In this document: positions 49,058-58,611 of the stretch, piece after piece
How the letters are laid out: the number at the start of each line of letters is the position of its first letter
How positions within the stretch are numbered: position 1 is the stretch's first letter
Assembly (NCBI GenBank): GCA_963674965.2
Contig: CAXXFL010000007.1
Location: forward strand, 832,001 to 896,000
Length of the DNA stretch: 64,000 bases
Direction of reading: 5' to 3'
From: a bacterium
GTDB taxonomy: Bacteria; RBG-13-61-14; DATKZS01
The notes under the pieces: generated by a model
Database searches by the model: none
Told to the model about the DNA's origin: nothing
Seen by the model: only the letters and a program-made list of their open reading frames with translations
Translations under genes and position numbers: made by a program

Positions 49058-49975
49058 ATGAACAATAACTTGAAAGTGCTGATAGTGGACGACGAGGAAA
49101 GGTTCAGGAAGACCACGGCCCTTGTGCTCGAGCGCGGGGGGTTCGAGGTGGTGACGGCCATGAACGGGGAGGAGGCGGTCGAGAAGGTCAGGAAGAGCGA
49201 CTTCGACGTCATCATCCTCGACGTTAAGATGCCCAAGATGGACGGCAACGAGGCGCTCAAGGAAATAAGGAAGATCAAGCCCGAGGCCGCGGTGATCATG
49301 CTTACCGGGCACGGCACTCCCGAGTCGGCCCTCGAGGGCCTGATGGACGGGGTGTACGATTACCTGACCAAGCCGTGCTCGATCGACGTTCTCGCCAAGA
49401 AGATCAAGGAGGCCGCGGGCAACAAGGACCTTTTAAAGCACAAGGAGCCCAAGGTCAGGCACATCATGGTCCCCCTCACCACCTTCAGCCACATCGAGGA
49501 GCACAGGACCGTGGCCGAGGCGATCGAGGAGATATTCAATTCCTTCTCGAGGACGGTGATGACCAACACGGTCCACGAGACGGTCCACCGTTCCATCCTG
49601 GTCATGGACGTCAGGGACAACGTGACCGGGATCGTGACCTTTACCGACCTTCTCGAGAACATGATGCCCGATTACCTCAAGATACTGGGGGAGAGGACGC
49701 ATCTTTTGGACTCCCCCTTCATGAGCACGCCCAACTTCTCGGGCATGTTCACGCTCATGGCCAGGGACCTGGCCAAGAAAACGGTCAAGGACGTCATGAG
49801 CGACGCGCCGCCGACCATCGACGTCGAGGCCAACCTGATGGAGGCCGCCAGCCGTCTTCTCAGCCTCAACGTAAGGAGGCTGTTGGTCATGGACGGGGGC
49901 AAGGTGGTGGGGGTGGTGCGCGAGCAGGACCTTTTCTTCGAGATGACCAACATCATCCGGCTGGAGAGAAAATGA
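49058..49975 (+). CDS. Receiver plus CBS-pair protein
   Basis: N-terminal receiver. CBS motifs VRHIM.P, GIVTFTDL, VKDVMS, RRLLV...KVVGVVREQDL. Confidence 0.88.
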   Translation: MNNNLKVLIVDDEERFRKTTALVLERGGFEVVTAMNGEEAVEKVRKSDFDVIILDVKMPKMDGNEALKEIRKIKPEAAVIMLTGHGTPESALEGLMDGVYDYLTKPCSIDVLAKKIKEAAGNKDLLKHKEPKVRHIMVPLTTFSHIEEHRTVAEAIEEIFNSFSRTVMTNTVHETVHRSILVMDVRDNVTGIVTFTDLLENMMPDYLKILGERTHLLDSPFMSTPNFSGMFTLMARDLAKKTVKDVMSDAPPTIDVEANLMEAASRLLSLNVRRLLVMDGGKVVGVVREQDLFFEMTNIIRLERK

Positions 49976-50019
49976 GTTAACCGCGGTTTTATTGGCCGCC
50001 GCGCAAAGAGGAGGACGGC

Positions 50020-51192
50020 ATGGCAAGGGTCCAGTTTATCGTGATGGCGGGGGGCAAGGGCGAAAGACTCAGGCCGCTCACCGAGGGAAGACCGAAGCCG
50101 CTGGTGAGGTTCGGGTCGTCGGGAAGAATCATCGACTTCACCTTGTGCAACTGCCTGTCCTCGGGGGAGGGCAAGGTTTCCGTGCTGACCCAGTACCTCT
50201 CGGACAAGATCGAGGGATACCTGTTTTCAAGATGGAGAAAGGCCTTCGCCGGCAGGGGCATGGACCTGGAGATACTCCCGGCCGAGCTGTCCATCAAGGG
50301 CGCCTACCTGGGAACGGCAGACGCGGTGTACCAGGCCCTTGCGCTGAAGGAACAAAAGCCGGACTACGTGGTCGTGCTCGCCGGCGACCACGTCTATCAG
50401 ATGGATTACTCTCCCATGCTGGAGGACCATATCAAGTCCGGGGCGGCGGCCACGGTGGGCGCGGTCGAGTGCGAGAGGGAAGACGCGAGCAGGTTTGGAA
50501 TAATAGTAACGGACGGCGATGGCCGCGTTACAAGGTTCGTGGAGAAGCCCCGAAGCCTGACCGGCGTAATTCCTCCCGGCCGGCTTCCCCTGGCTTCCAT
50601 GGGGATTTACGCCTTCTCCGCGCCGGCGCTGATGACGTATCTCGAGGCCAACCAGGAGGAGTCGTCACACGACTTCGGGCACGACGTTCTGCCCGAGATG
50701 GTCGCCTCCGGCCGGGTCAGGGTCCACCGCTTCGTCGGAAAGGACGGCCAAAGCGGATACTGGCGCGACGTGGGAGACCTGGCCGGGTACTGGAAAACCA
50801 GCATCGAGATGCTCCGGGGAAAACGCCTGCTCTTCAACTATCAGGTCCTGCCGGACGACCCGCGTCCGCCCCTGAGCGACAACCACTTCGTCAAGCGCTA
50901 CGACCATAACGGAACGACCATAATCAACTCCATGATCTCGGACACGGCCCGTATAGGAAAGGCCACGATCGAGGAATCGATCATCGGGCCGGGGGTCCAG
51001 GTGCGGGACGGCGCGGCCCTTCGGCGCTCGGTCCTTTTGGACGGGGCGGACGTGGGCAAATGGGCCGAGCTCGAGGACGTGGTGGTCGAGCCCTACTCGA
51101 TAATATCCGCGGGTTACAAGTCCCGAGGATGGTCGGCGGAGGGAGTCGCGACGCGCGGCGTTGACGGACGAATCCATCACGTCGCGGCCTGA
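50020..51192 (+). CDS. glgC: Glucose-1-phosphate adenylyltransferase-like
   Basis: AGG.G.RL.PLT..R.KP.V.FG, GTADAVYQ, LAGDHVY.MDY, FVEKP, ASMGIY, DFGHDVLP, YWRDVG, and a C-terminal beta-helix. Confidence 0.82.
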   Translation: MARVQFIVMAGGKGERLRPLTEGRPKPLVRFGSSGRIIDFTLCNCLSSGEGKVSVLTQYLSDKIEGYLFSRWRKAFAGRGMDLEILPAELSIKGAYLGTADAVYQALALKEQKPDYVVVLAGDHVYQMDYSPMLEDHIKSGAAATVGAVECEREDASRFGIIVTDGDGRVTRFVEKPRSLTGVIPPGRLPLASMGIYAFSAPALMTYLEANQEESSHDFGHDVLPEMVASGRVRVHRFVGKDGQSGYWRDVGDLAGYWKTSIEMLRGKRLLFNYQVLPDDPRPPLSDNHFVKRYDHNGTTIINSMISDTARIGKATIEESIIGPGVQVRDGAALRRSVLLDGADVGKWAELEDVVVEPYSIISAGYKSRGWSAEGVATRGVDGRIHHVAA

Positions 51193-51212
51193 GTCATTAT
51201 CCGGACGGCGCA

Positions 51213-51258
51213 GCGGGGCGGGCGACGGTTTGACGCCGTTCCCCGCCCCTTGATATTT
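51213..51258 (+). terminator. Probable terminator after glgC
   Basis: GGGGCGGG...ACGG/CCGT...CCCGCCCC stem followed by T-rich sequence. Confidence 0.45.
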
Positions 51259-51361
51259 ACTCTTTTCCTTCCTCGGCCATTGATGGAAGACGGCGATGGT
51301 GATACGATGGACCCGTAGTTTCCGATGTAAGGCGACCTCAAGACATAGGGAGGAAATTCGC

Positions 51362-51796
51362 ATGGTCGACAAGAAATCCCTCACGGCTTACTGCGGTCTT
51401 GACTGTTTCAACTGCGAGCTTTACAAGGACAACCTGACCGACCGTCTGGCCCGGGTCATCGCCGAGAAGATGGGGGTCAAGGTCCAGGACGTTCCCTGTC
51501 CGGGATGCCGCCGGATGGAGGGAGTGCATTTTCACCTGACGGGCAAGGGATGCGACAACTTCAACTGCGCGAGAAAAAAGGGGGTCGAGCTTTGCTCCGA
51601 CTGCGACGAGTTTCCCTGCGCCCTCCTCGCTCCCCTGGCCGACCAGGCCTCCCGATATCCCCACAACATGAAGCTTTACAACCTTTGCCGGATAAAGCTC
51701 ATCGGGCTGGACCGGTGGATCGAGGAGGAGGCGGGCGAAATCCGGAAACGCTATTTCAACCATCCCTTCGTGGTGGGAAAAGGCCAAGCGGATTGA
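51362..51796 (+). CDS. DUF3795 cysteine-rich protein
   Basis: YCGLDCFNC, C.GC, C...C...GVELCSDCDEFPC. GGAGG RBS. Confidence 0.8.
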   Translation: MVDKKSLTAYCGLDCFNCELYKDNLTDRLARVIAEKMGVKVQDVPCPGCRRMEGVHFHLTGKGCDNFNCARKKGVELCSDCDEFPCALLAPLADQASRYPHNMKLYNLCRIKLIGLDRWIEEEAGEIRKRYFNHPFVVGKGQAD

Positions 51797-51856
51797 TATT
51801 CTTCCCCCGCCTCGGCGCGGCCTCGCCAATGAGGCGCGGACTCGAAAGGAGTTTTC

Positions 51857-52240
51857 ATGTCTTCCCCCTATGACGCCATGGTGCTTTTAGTCCACGGCAG
51901 CCGCGACCCCGCCTGGATGGAGCCGTTTAAAAATCTTCGCGACGAGGTGGCCCAGGCGTCGGGAGACGCGCGCGTCGCGCTGGCCTGTCTTTCCTTTTGC
52001 CGGCCCGATCTTGGCGAATGCCTCGAGTCCCTCGCGTCCTCCGGGGCCTCGCGGGTCCTGGTGGTCCCCGTGTTCATTTCGGCCCTGGGCCACGTTTTAA
52101 AGGACGTTCCCGAGGCGGTAAGAAAAACCAGGGAGTCTTTTCCCTCGATCACGATCGAGGTGTCGCCGGCCCTTGGCGAGTCGTCCGAGGTCCGGGAGGC
52201 CTTCAAGGAGGCGCTCGTTCGACTCCGCCTGGGTCCCTGA
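51857..52240 (+). CDS. cbiX: Single-domain CbiX/SirB sirohydrochlorin chelatase
   Basis: HGSRDP.W, P.L, VVPVF...GHV.KDVP, PALG. Confidence 0.75.
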   Translation: MSSPYDAMVLLVHGSRDPAWMEPFKNLRDEVAQASGDARVALACLSFCRPDLGECLESLASSGASRVLVVPVFISALGHVLKDVPEAVRKTRESFPSITIEVSPALGESSEVREAFKEALVRLRLGP

Positions 52241-52305
52241 TCGCGCTTTTACCTCGATACTCCACGCCGCGATATTGCCCGCCGTGGATGGCCGCTCGCT
52301 CTCTG

Positions 52306-52334
52306 TTGAAAAAGGACGCGGTTTATGATAAATA
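52306..52334 (+). promoter_or_regulatory. Candidate sigma-70 promoter for fhs
   Basis: TTGAAA-N17-TAAATA with extended TG, in an AT-rich region. Confidence 0.4.
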
Positions 52335-52485
52335 ATTGTATTTAATTTTCTTCATTTAAGCGAGGGTTTTTACAGGTCATATCCTGGGGATTCGAATTCC
52401 GGGTTTACATATAAAGGGATAAAAAGGTAGTCCCGCCCGCGGGACGCGATACTATCGCAGTGAAAAAGTAAGGAGGTATTTTGGA

Positions 52486-54258
52486 ATGAGTTTCAATTTG
52501 GTAAAGAACCCCATGCCCGACTGGAAGGTGGCCGACGAGGCCGAAAAGACGATGAAGTCCCCCCAGCAGTTGGCCGACGAGCTTGGCCTTAAGGGAGACG
52601 AGCTTATCCCCATGGGCCGCGCCATGGCCAAGATCGACTTCGAGAAAGTCACGAAGCGCCTCGCCAAGAAGGCCAACGCCAAGTACATCGACGTGACGGC
52701 CATCACGCCCACGCCGCTTGGCGAGGGCAAGACGACCTCTTCCATGGGCCTTGTCGAGGGCCTTGGAAAGCGCGGCAAGAGCGTCATCGGCGCCATCCGC
52801 CAGCCCTCGATGGGACCGACCTTCAATATCAAGGGCAGCGCGGCCGGCGGCGGCGTTTCCCAGTGCGTTCCCCTCACCGACTTCTCGCTGGGCCTGACCG
52901 GCGACTTCGACTGCATCACCAACGCCCACAACCTGGCCATGGTGGCCCTGACCTCGCGCATGCAGCACGAGTTCATCCGCGACGACGCCTTCCTGAAGGG
53001 AAAGGGCCTCAAGCGCCTCAACATCGACCCGCGCAACGTGGAGATGAAGTGGATCATCGACTTCTGCGCCCAGTCGCTGCGCGAGATCATCATCGGCATC
53101 GGCGGCAAGATGGACGGCTTCATGATGAAGAGCGGCTTCGCCATCACGGTCAGCTCCGAGCTGATGGCCATTCTCGCCGTCTTCACCGACATTAAGGACT
53201 TCGTCGAGCGCATGAACCGCATCGTGGTGGCCTACAACCAGAACGGCGAGCCCGTGACCACCGGCGACCTCGAGGTGGGCGGCGCCATGGCGGCCCTTAT
53301 GCTCCGCGCCCTCAACCCCAACCTGATGCAGACCGTCGAGGGACAGCCCGTGCTGGTTCACGCCGGCCCCTTCGCCAACATCGCCATCGGCCAGAGCTCG
53401 ATCGTGGCCGACAGGGTGGGCCTCAAGCTGGCCGACTACCACGTGACCGAGTCCGGCTTCGGCGCCGACATCGGCTTCGAGAAGTTCTGGAACTTAAAGT
53501 GCCGCTTCTCCGGGCTCAAGCCCCATTGCGCGGTCCTGGTCGCCACCACCCGCGCCCTCAAGATGCACGGCGGCGGCCCCAAGGTCGTTCCCGGCCGCAA
53601 GCTCGACGCCGCCTACACCTCGGAGAACGTCAAGCTGGTCAGCAAGGGTTCCGAGAGCAACCTGGCCCACCACATCAGGACCATCAAGAAGGCCGGCATC
53701 AACCCGGTGGTCGTGCTCAACGGATTCGCCACCGACACCAAGCGCGAGGTCAACGCGGTCAAGAAGATCGCGGAGCAGGCCGGCGCCAGGTTCGCCTATT
53801 CCCAGCACTGGGCCTACGGCGGCGAGGGGGCCCTCGAGTTCGCCGACGCGGTCATCGACGCCTGCAACGCCAAGTCGAACTTCAAGTTCCTCTACCCGGA
53901 CAGCACCCCGCTTTCGGGCCGCATCATGAAGATCGCCAAGGAAGTGTACGGCGCCAAGGACGTGTCCTATACCCCGGACGCCCAGGCCAAGCTCGAGCGC
54001 CTCGAGAAAGACCCCGAGGCCAAGAAGCTCGGCACCTGCATGGTCAAGACCCACCTGTCCCTCTCGGACATCGGCGGCGTCGTGGGCGCCCCCAAGGGTT
54101 GGACCCTCAAAATCCGCGACATCCTTACCTACAAGGGAGCCGGGTTCCTCGTGCCCGTGGCCGGAGACATCAGGCTTATGCCCGGAACCGCCTCCGACGC
54201 GGCCTACAGAAGGATCAAAATTAACACCAAGACCGGAAAGGTCGAGGGACTCTTCTAA
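52486..54258 (+). CDS. fhs: Formate--tetrahydrofolate ligase
   Basis: [62 protein letters not shown]. Confidence 0.97.
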   Translation: MSFNLVKNPMPDWKVADEAEKTMKSPQQLADELGLKGDELIPMGRAMAKIDFEKVTKRLAKKANAKYIDVTAITPTPLGEGKTTSSMGLVEGLGKRGKSVIGAIRQPSMGPTFNIKGSAAGGGVSQCVPLTDFSLGLTGDFDCITNAHNLAMVALTSRMQHEFIRDDAFLKGKGLKRLNIDPRNVEMKWIIDFCAQSLREIIIGIGGKMDGFMMKSGFAITVSSELMAILAVFTDIKDFVERMNRIVVAYNQNGEPVTTGDLEVGGAMAALMLRALNPNLMQTVEGQPVLVHAGPFANIAIGQSSIVADRVGLKLADYHVTESGFGADIGFEKFWNLKCRFSGLKPHCAVLVATTRALKMHGGGPKVVPGRKLDAAYTSENVKLVSKGSESNLAHHIRTIKKAGINPVVVLNGFATDTKREVNAVKKIAEQAGARFAYSQHWAYGGEGALEFADAVIDACNAKSNFKFLYPDSTPLSGRIMKIAKEVYGAKDVSYTPDAQAKLERLEKDPEAKKLGTCMVKTHLSLSDIGGVVGAPKGWTLKIRDILTYKGAGFLVPVAGDIRLMPGTASDAAYRRIKINTKTGKVEGLF

Positions 54259-54282
54259 TACCGGCTCAGGCCAAACCAAATC

Positions 54283-54309
54283 GGGGCCCCCTCGGGGGCC
54301 CCTTTTTTA
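54283..54309 (+). terminator. Rho-independent terminator after fhs
   Basis: GGGGCCCC...GGGGCCCC stem followed by T6. Confidence 0.8.
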
Positions 54310-54367
54310 TGGAAAACGCCCCGCGGCCATATAACCGCGGGGCGCGTGATCGGCAAAGTATTCCCGA

Positions 54368-55471
54368 TTACTTTTTCTTGGCGGCCGCCTTTTTGGGGGG
54401 GGCCACGTTCTCCCCTCCCCTTTCCTTGAGCCACTCGGCCACGGTGGGGGCCAACTCCTTCTGGGAGCGTGAGGAAACATACATCCCGATATGGCCCAGG
54501 TTGAAGGCCTTGGTGGTCACGTCCTTGGATCCGACCAGCTCCGAGATGGGACGCGAGCAAGACGGAGGCACCAGGTGGTCCTGCTCCCCGAAGATGTTGA
54601 GCACGGGCATGGTCACGTTCTTAAGGCTGACCTTTCTTCCGCCCAGGACGAACTCGTCCTTCATAAGCTTGTTGTCCTGGTACATGTCCTTGATGAACTT
54701 GCGGAAGGTCTCGCCCGCCTGGTCTGGAGAGTCGAAAATCCACTTCTCCATCCTGAGGAAGTTATGCACCACGTAGGGGTCGTCGATGTTGTCCAGGAGT
54801 CCCACGTACTTGTCGATGATAAGCTGGAAGGGCTTGAGCCAGAGAAAGCCCAGGTTCATGAAGTCGCCGGGTATGTTGCCCATCACGTCCACCATCAGGT
54901 CCACGTCCATCTGCTTGGACCAGACGTTTAAAAGGCCGTCCTTGGTGTGAAAGTCCACCGGGGCAACCATGACCACCAGGTTTTTGATCTTCCTGGGAAA
55001 GAGGGCCGAGTAGATGAGGGAGAAGGTGCCGCCCTGGCAGACGCCGAGCAGGTTGACCGACTCCTGTCCCGACCTTTGCCGAACGAAGTCGACTATGTTG
55101 TCCATGTAGCCCATGATGTAGTCTTCCATGGTGTTGTACTTGTCGATCTTGGACGGATACCCCCAGTCGATGACGTACATGTCGATGCCCATCTCGAGCA
55201 GCTTGCGGATAAGGGAACGGTCGTGCTGGATGTCCATCATGTACTGCCGGTTGACCAGCGCGTAAGAAACCAGAAGCGGAACGTGATGGACGTCCTTGAC
55301 CGGGGGCTCGTAATGATAGAGCGACACCTTGTCCTCTTTGTATACCAGCTCGCGGGGCGTCACGCCGGACTCGAGGTCCTTGACCTGGAGCATGTTCTCG
55401 TAACCCTTGATCAGCTTGCGCTGAACGTCGGTTATCTCCTTAACCATCGATTCCATCGGATTAGCCGTCAT
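54368..55471 (-). CDS. phaC: Class III polyhydroxyalkanoate synthase, catalytic subunit
   Basis: YALVNR.YM.D, DWG, lipase box GVCQGG, RMEKWIFDSPDQAGE, DHLVPP, GHIGMYVS. Start MTANP with GGAGG RBS. Confidence 0.93.
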   Translation of the reverse strand: MTANPMESMVKEITDVQRKLIKGYENMLQVKDLESGVTPRELVYKEDKVSLYHYEPPVKDVHHVPLLVSYALVNRQYMMDIQHDRSLIRKLLEMGIDMYVIDWGYPSKIDKYNTMEDYIMGYMDNIVDFVRQRSGQESVNLLGVCQGGTFSLIYSALFPRKIKNLVVMVAPVDFHTKDGLLNVWSKQMDVDLMVDVMGNIPGDFMNLGFLWLKPFQLIIDKYVGLLDNIDDPYVVHNFLRMEKWIFDSPDQAGETFRKFIKDMYQDNKLMKDEFVLGGRKVSLKNVTMPVLNIFGEQDHLVPPSCSRPISELVGSKDVTTKAFNLGHIGMYVSSRSQKELAPTVAEWLKERGGENVAPPKKAAAKKK

Positions 55472-55521
55472 GTCCTGTCCTCCATATGCAAAAGGGTGTA
55501 ATCCCGCCAAGCCCGAGCGCG

Positions 55522-56646
55522 TCAGTCGGTCGAGGGCGCCGGCTTCTTCAGCTCGATGCCCAGGTGTTCCTCGATCTGGCGGATCGACCGAGCCTGCCAC
55601 CTGATTTCCTTCTTCAGGTCGTAGATGGCCCTGTAGATTTCATCCATGTCCTTTTTGGAGGGCAGGTTGGTCTGCTCGATAAGCTGATCGGTGAAGGAAT
55701 CGAGCACCTTACGGAAGGTCAGTCCCCTCCGGAGGACCTCCTGGAGAAGGTTGAGGAAGACCGGGGCCATGAACAGCTCCTGGTAGGTGTCCTCGTTGAT
55801 GGTCCACCAGACGCGATAGAACTCCTTGAAGGTCTCGGGAGAAACCTCCTTGCCCCGGAACTCGGACAGGCGGGCGAAGACCTTCTCCGACGCCTTCTGG
55901 CCGGTCTGCATAAAAAGGGCCTCGTATTCGGTCATGGCCGCCTGGAACTGGAAGTAGGCGTCCAGCGTCTTGTTGAAGTTGTCGATAAACTCCCTCGAGT
56001 AACCCATGGACGGGGCCTTCAGGGCCTTGCCCATGGTGGCCTCGTAGTTGCGCCGGAACAGTCCCGCCATCTCGATAAGCGCGCCCGACTCGCCCTTGGC
56101 CGCTTTCTCGAGTATCTCGGGAACTTCCTCGAGGTTCTTGGAAAGGGGAAGATAGAACTGCCACATGTAATCCAGGATGGTTTTCTGCAGCCCGGCCACC
56201 GACTTGGCCGTGTCCTGGACCTCGCCTTCCGGCATCGAGCCCCACATGGCCTCCATCATCTTGCCGTACTCCTCGTTCCACTGCCGGTGCATTTCCTCGA
56301 TCTTCTCCGCCGTAAGGGGGGTCCCGGGCGCGAGCTGGGTGAGGGGCGTCACCACCTTGGTCCAGAAACCCAGAAGGTCGGTGTAAATCTTGCCCGCCTC
56401 CATGGTCCTTCCGAACACGTCCGCGCCGAGACCCTCTCCGGGTACCGAGCCCGAGAGCGCGTCGGTAAAGGACTTCATCCAGTTTTCCTGCCAGCCGGCA
56501 AACTCCTTGCCGTTGTGGCCCGACCATAAACCCGTGAACTTTTCCATGCCCTTGCTCGCGTTCTGCATCCAGTCCTTCCAGAAGTCCTGCTGCCACTGCA
56601 TCCAGTGCGAGGCAAAATCAGTGGGTGTCTTGGAAGTTTCCGTCAT
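55522..56646 (-). CDS. phaE: Class III PHA synthase subunit PhaE
   Basis: P.MGYSRE, EFY..WW...E..Y, LPSKKDMDE.Y. Immediately upstream of phaC. Confidence 0.85.
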   Translation of the reverse strand: MTETSKTPTDFASHWMQWQQDFWKDWMQNASKGMEKFTGLWSGHNGKEFAGWQENWMKSFTDALSGSVPGEGLGADVFGRTMEAGKIYTDLLGFWTKVVTPLTQLAPGTPLTAEKIEEMHRQWNEEYGKMMEAMWGSMPEGEVQDTAKSVAGLQKTILDYMWQFYLPLSKNLEEVPEILEKAAKGESGALIEMAGLFRRNYEATMGKALKAPSMGYSREFIDNFNKTLDAYFQFQAAMTEYEALFMQTGQKASEKVFARLSEFRGKEVSPETFKEFYRVWWTINEDTYQELFMAPVFLNLLQEVLRRGLTFRKVLDSFTDQLIEQTNLPSKKDMDEIYRAIYDLKKEIRWQARSIRQIEEHLGIELKKPAPSTD

Positions 56647-56723
56647 TGATTTTCTCCTCCCTTACGCCGGTTTGTCGTTAAGTACAATTTCATATGATGC
56701 CCGTCGTTGCTTTTGGTTTCGCT

Positions 56724-57239
56724 TCAAGCGCCGCCGCCCTTTGGGCCGGCGCTACCCGTTTTCTCGTTTTCCGATTGAAGTTCCTTGTTCACCGCTTCCG
56801 GGGACTTGGCCTTGTCCCCGGCGGCGTCCTTGGCCTGGAACTCGGACAGCCAGCCCATGTAATCCTTCAGGGTCCGCTCGGCCAGGTCCATCCAGGGCTT
56901 CATCACCTCGGGGGCCTCCTTGAAGCCGGCCATCCCCTTGGCCATGGACTGCATGGCCTGGCGAAGACGCTCAGCCTCGGACTCCAGGGCCTGGTGTTTC
57001 TTTTTCAAGTCCTCGTAATCTTTTTTAGGGACGGCGCCGAAAAGGGCGAGCCAGTCGCGGTAGGCCGCCTCGATGGCCTCGGCGGAACCCGGTGGCGATC
57101 CCGCGCCGGGGACCTGGCTCCAGAGACTCGAAAACCCTCCCGGATCGGGCGGCTTTACGCCCATCTTCTCCATCATCTCGAAATTCGAGGCGAGAAGATG
57201 CATATAGTCTCCCATCCACTTTAAAAAGCGCCGGTCCAT
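56724..57239 (-). CDS. Hypothetical coiled-coil protein in the PHA cluster
   Basis: Co-oriented between the phasin-like gene and phaE. LFGAVP followed by a heptad stretch. Start uncertain. Confidence 0.55.
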   Translation of the reverse strand: MDRRFLKWMGDYMHLLASNFEMMEKMGVKPPDPGGFSSLWSQVPGAGSPPGSAEAIEAAYRDWLALFGAVPKKDYEDLKKKHQALESEAERLRQAMQSMAKGMAGFKEAPEVMKPWMDLAERTLKDYMGWLSEFQAKDAAGDKAKSPEAVNKELQSENEKTGSAGPKGGGA

Positions 57240-57367
57240 CTGGTCTTTCTTTTTTAAGGCTGGCCCCGTACAGCGGGCGTTTACAAACTGCCGATCACGC
57301 GAAACCTTCAAGAACTGAAGATTTAGAAGATATTTTCCGTCGCCTCGTCCGAGGCGGAAAAAACTTT

Positions 57368-57631
57368 CTATTTGTGCTTGTTAAGCATCTCTTCCATTTT
57401 CGTGACGTTATCTTTGAAAGCCGCCACGTACGCCTCCTGCGCCTTTTTCGAGTTCTCCATGCTTTCTTTAACGCCCTTTTTGAACTCGTCGGCCATCTCG
57501 CCGCCGCGCTCGAAGAAGAGGTCGAACATCTTCTCGCCCTGCTCCTGCGCCATCTCGAGGGACTTAAGATAAGCGTCCACCTGCGCTTTCCACAAGGTAA
57601 ACATTTCCTTGCCTATCTGTTCAGGATTCAT
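57368..57631 (-). CDS. Phasin-like small helical protein
   Basis: 87-aa amphipathic helical ORF with GGAGG RBS heading the phaEC cluster. Function inferred from context. Confidence 0.6.
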   Translation of the reverse strand: MNPEQIGKEMFTLWKAQVDAYLKSLEMAQEQGEKMFDLFFERGGEMADEFKKGVKESMENSKKAQEAYVAAFKDNVTKMEEMLNKHK

Positions 57632-57966
57632 CGGTTTTTCCTCCCTTGCTTTCCGTGTCATGGTTATATTAGGCACTTTTGTTACAATCCGCAAGGGTTA
57701 ATTTGAAATTTAATGGAATTTTAATTCCACATTAACAATCAACCCCTTCGGATTGTATGTCCCCAAGGATAAGCTCAAGAACACACCCGAAGGTTCAAAT
57801 AAGGCGGCCCGCGCCGATATATCCGATTCCATTGCCAATACGCCTCGCCCGATATGCACATAACGTTTTTCCTTGACATATCGCCCCCTTATTGATATTG
57901 TTCGTCTCATCTCGAAGACCCTGTCTGGCTCCCAGGCCAAAAAACAATTCAAAAGAGGAGGAAGAA

Positions 57967-58548
57967 ATGTATTCAGAAACAGACAAGAGGACAAGGCTTT
58001 GGAACTTCATCATATTGGCGCTCTCATTAAGTCTGGTCCTTGTTTTCTCTCCCGGGTGCAAGAAGAAATCCGAATCGGGAGAATCGGGTGATACCAAGTC
58101 CGCCGCCAAGTCCGGAGGAGGCAAGGCGAAAGCCGGCTCGACCCCCAAGGAGACTTTCGAGCTGTATAACGATTACTGGAAAAATGGCCATAAATCCGAG
58201 GCCTTCTCTCTTCTCACTCCCGAGTCCCAGAAAAAAGTTAACAAAGAAGAATTCATGTACGTGCAGACCGGAATATCGGCGATAGAGGACTCATTGGAGG
58301 TATGTGAATACGAGTCGGACTACATCGAGGAAGAAAAGGCGGCCGTATTTTACATCCGGCGTGTACCCGATATGTTCAAGCTGATGGATGACGCGGATGG
58401 GGACGTTAAAGTTGCCACCGATATGCTTAAGTCGGGCGATTATTACGAACTCGAACACCCCGATCAGGTCATATGTTTCCGGAAGATTGACGGCAAGTGG
58501 TACGTGGACCTCGCCACCAAATGCCGAGAATGGGCCTTCGAGGAATAA
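57967..58548 (+). CDS. Hypothetical lipoprotein (NTF2-like fold likely)
   Basis: Signal peptide ending FSPGC, G/S/K-rich linker, TPKETF...A..LL..ES and C-terminal KIDGKWYV. GAGGAGG RBS. Confidence 0.7.
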   Translation: MYSETDKRTRLWNFIILALSLSLVLVFSPGCKKKSESGESGDTKSAAKSGGGKAKAGSTPKETFELYNDYWKNGHKSEAFSLLTPESQKKVNKEEFMYVQTGISAIEDSLEVCEYESDYIEEEKAAVFYIRRVPDMFKLMDDADGDVKVATDMLKSGDYYELEHPDQVICFRKIDGKWYVDLATKCREWAFEE

Positions 58549-58611
58549 ATAATCGCTCAGCGGCCCCGGCCGCCCTTTGAACGCCCCCATGGCCGGTGCT
58601 ATGATCGGACC

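Noticed and set aside
51291-51345. Fluoride riboswitch
   Set aside because: GGCGATGGTG matches the start, but the pairing TCGCC and the downstream TGATGAC segment are missing.
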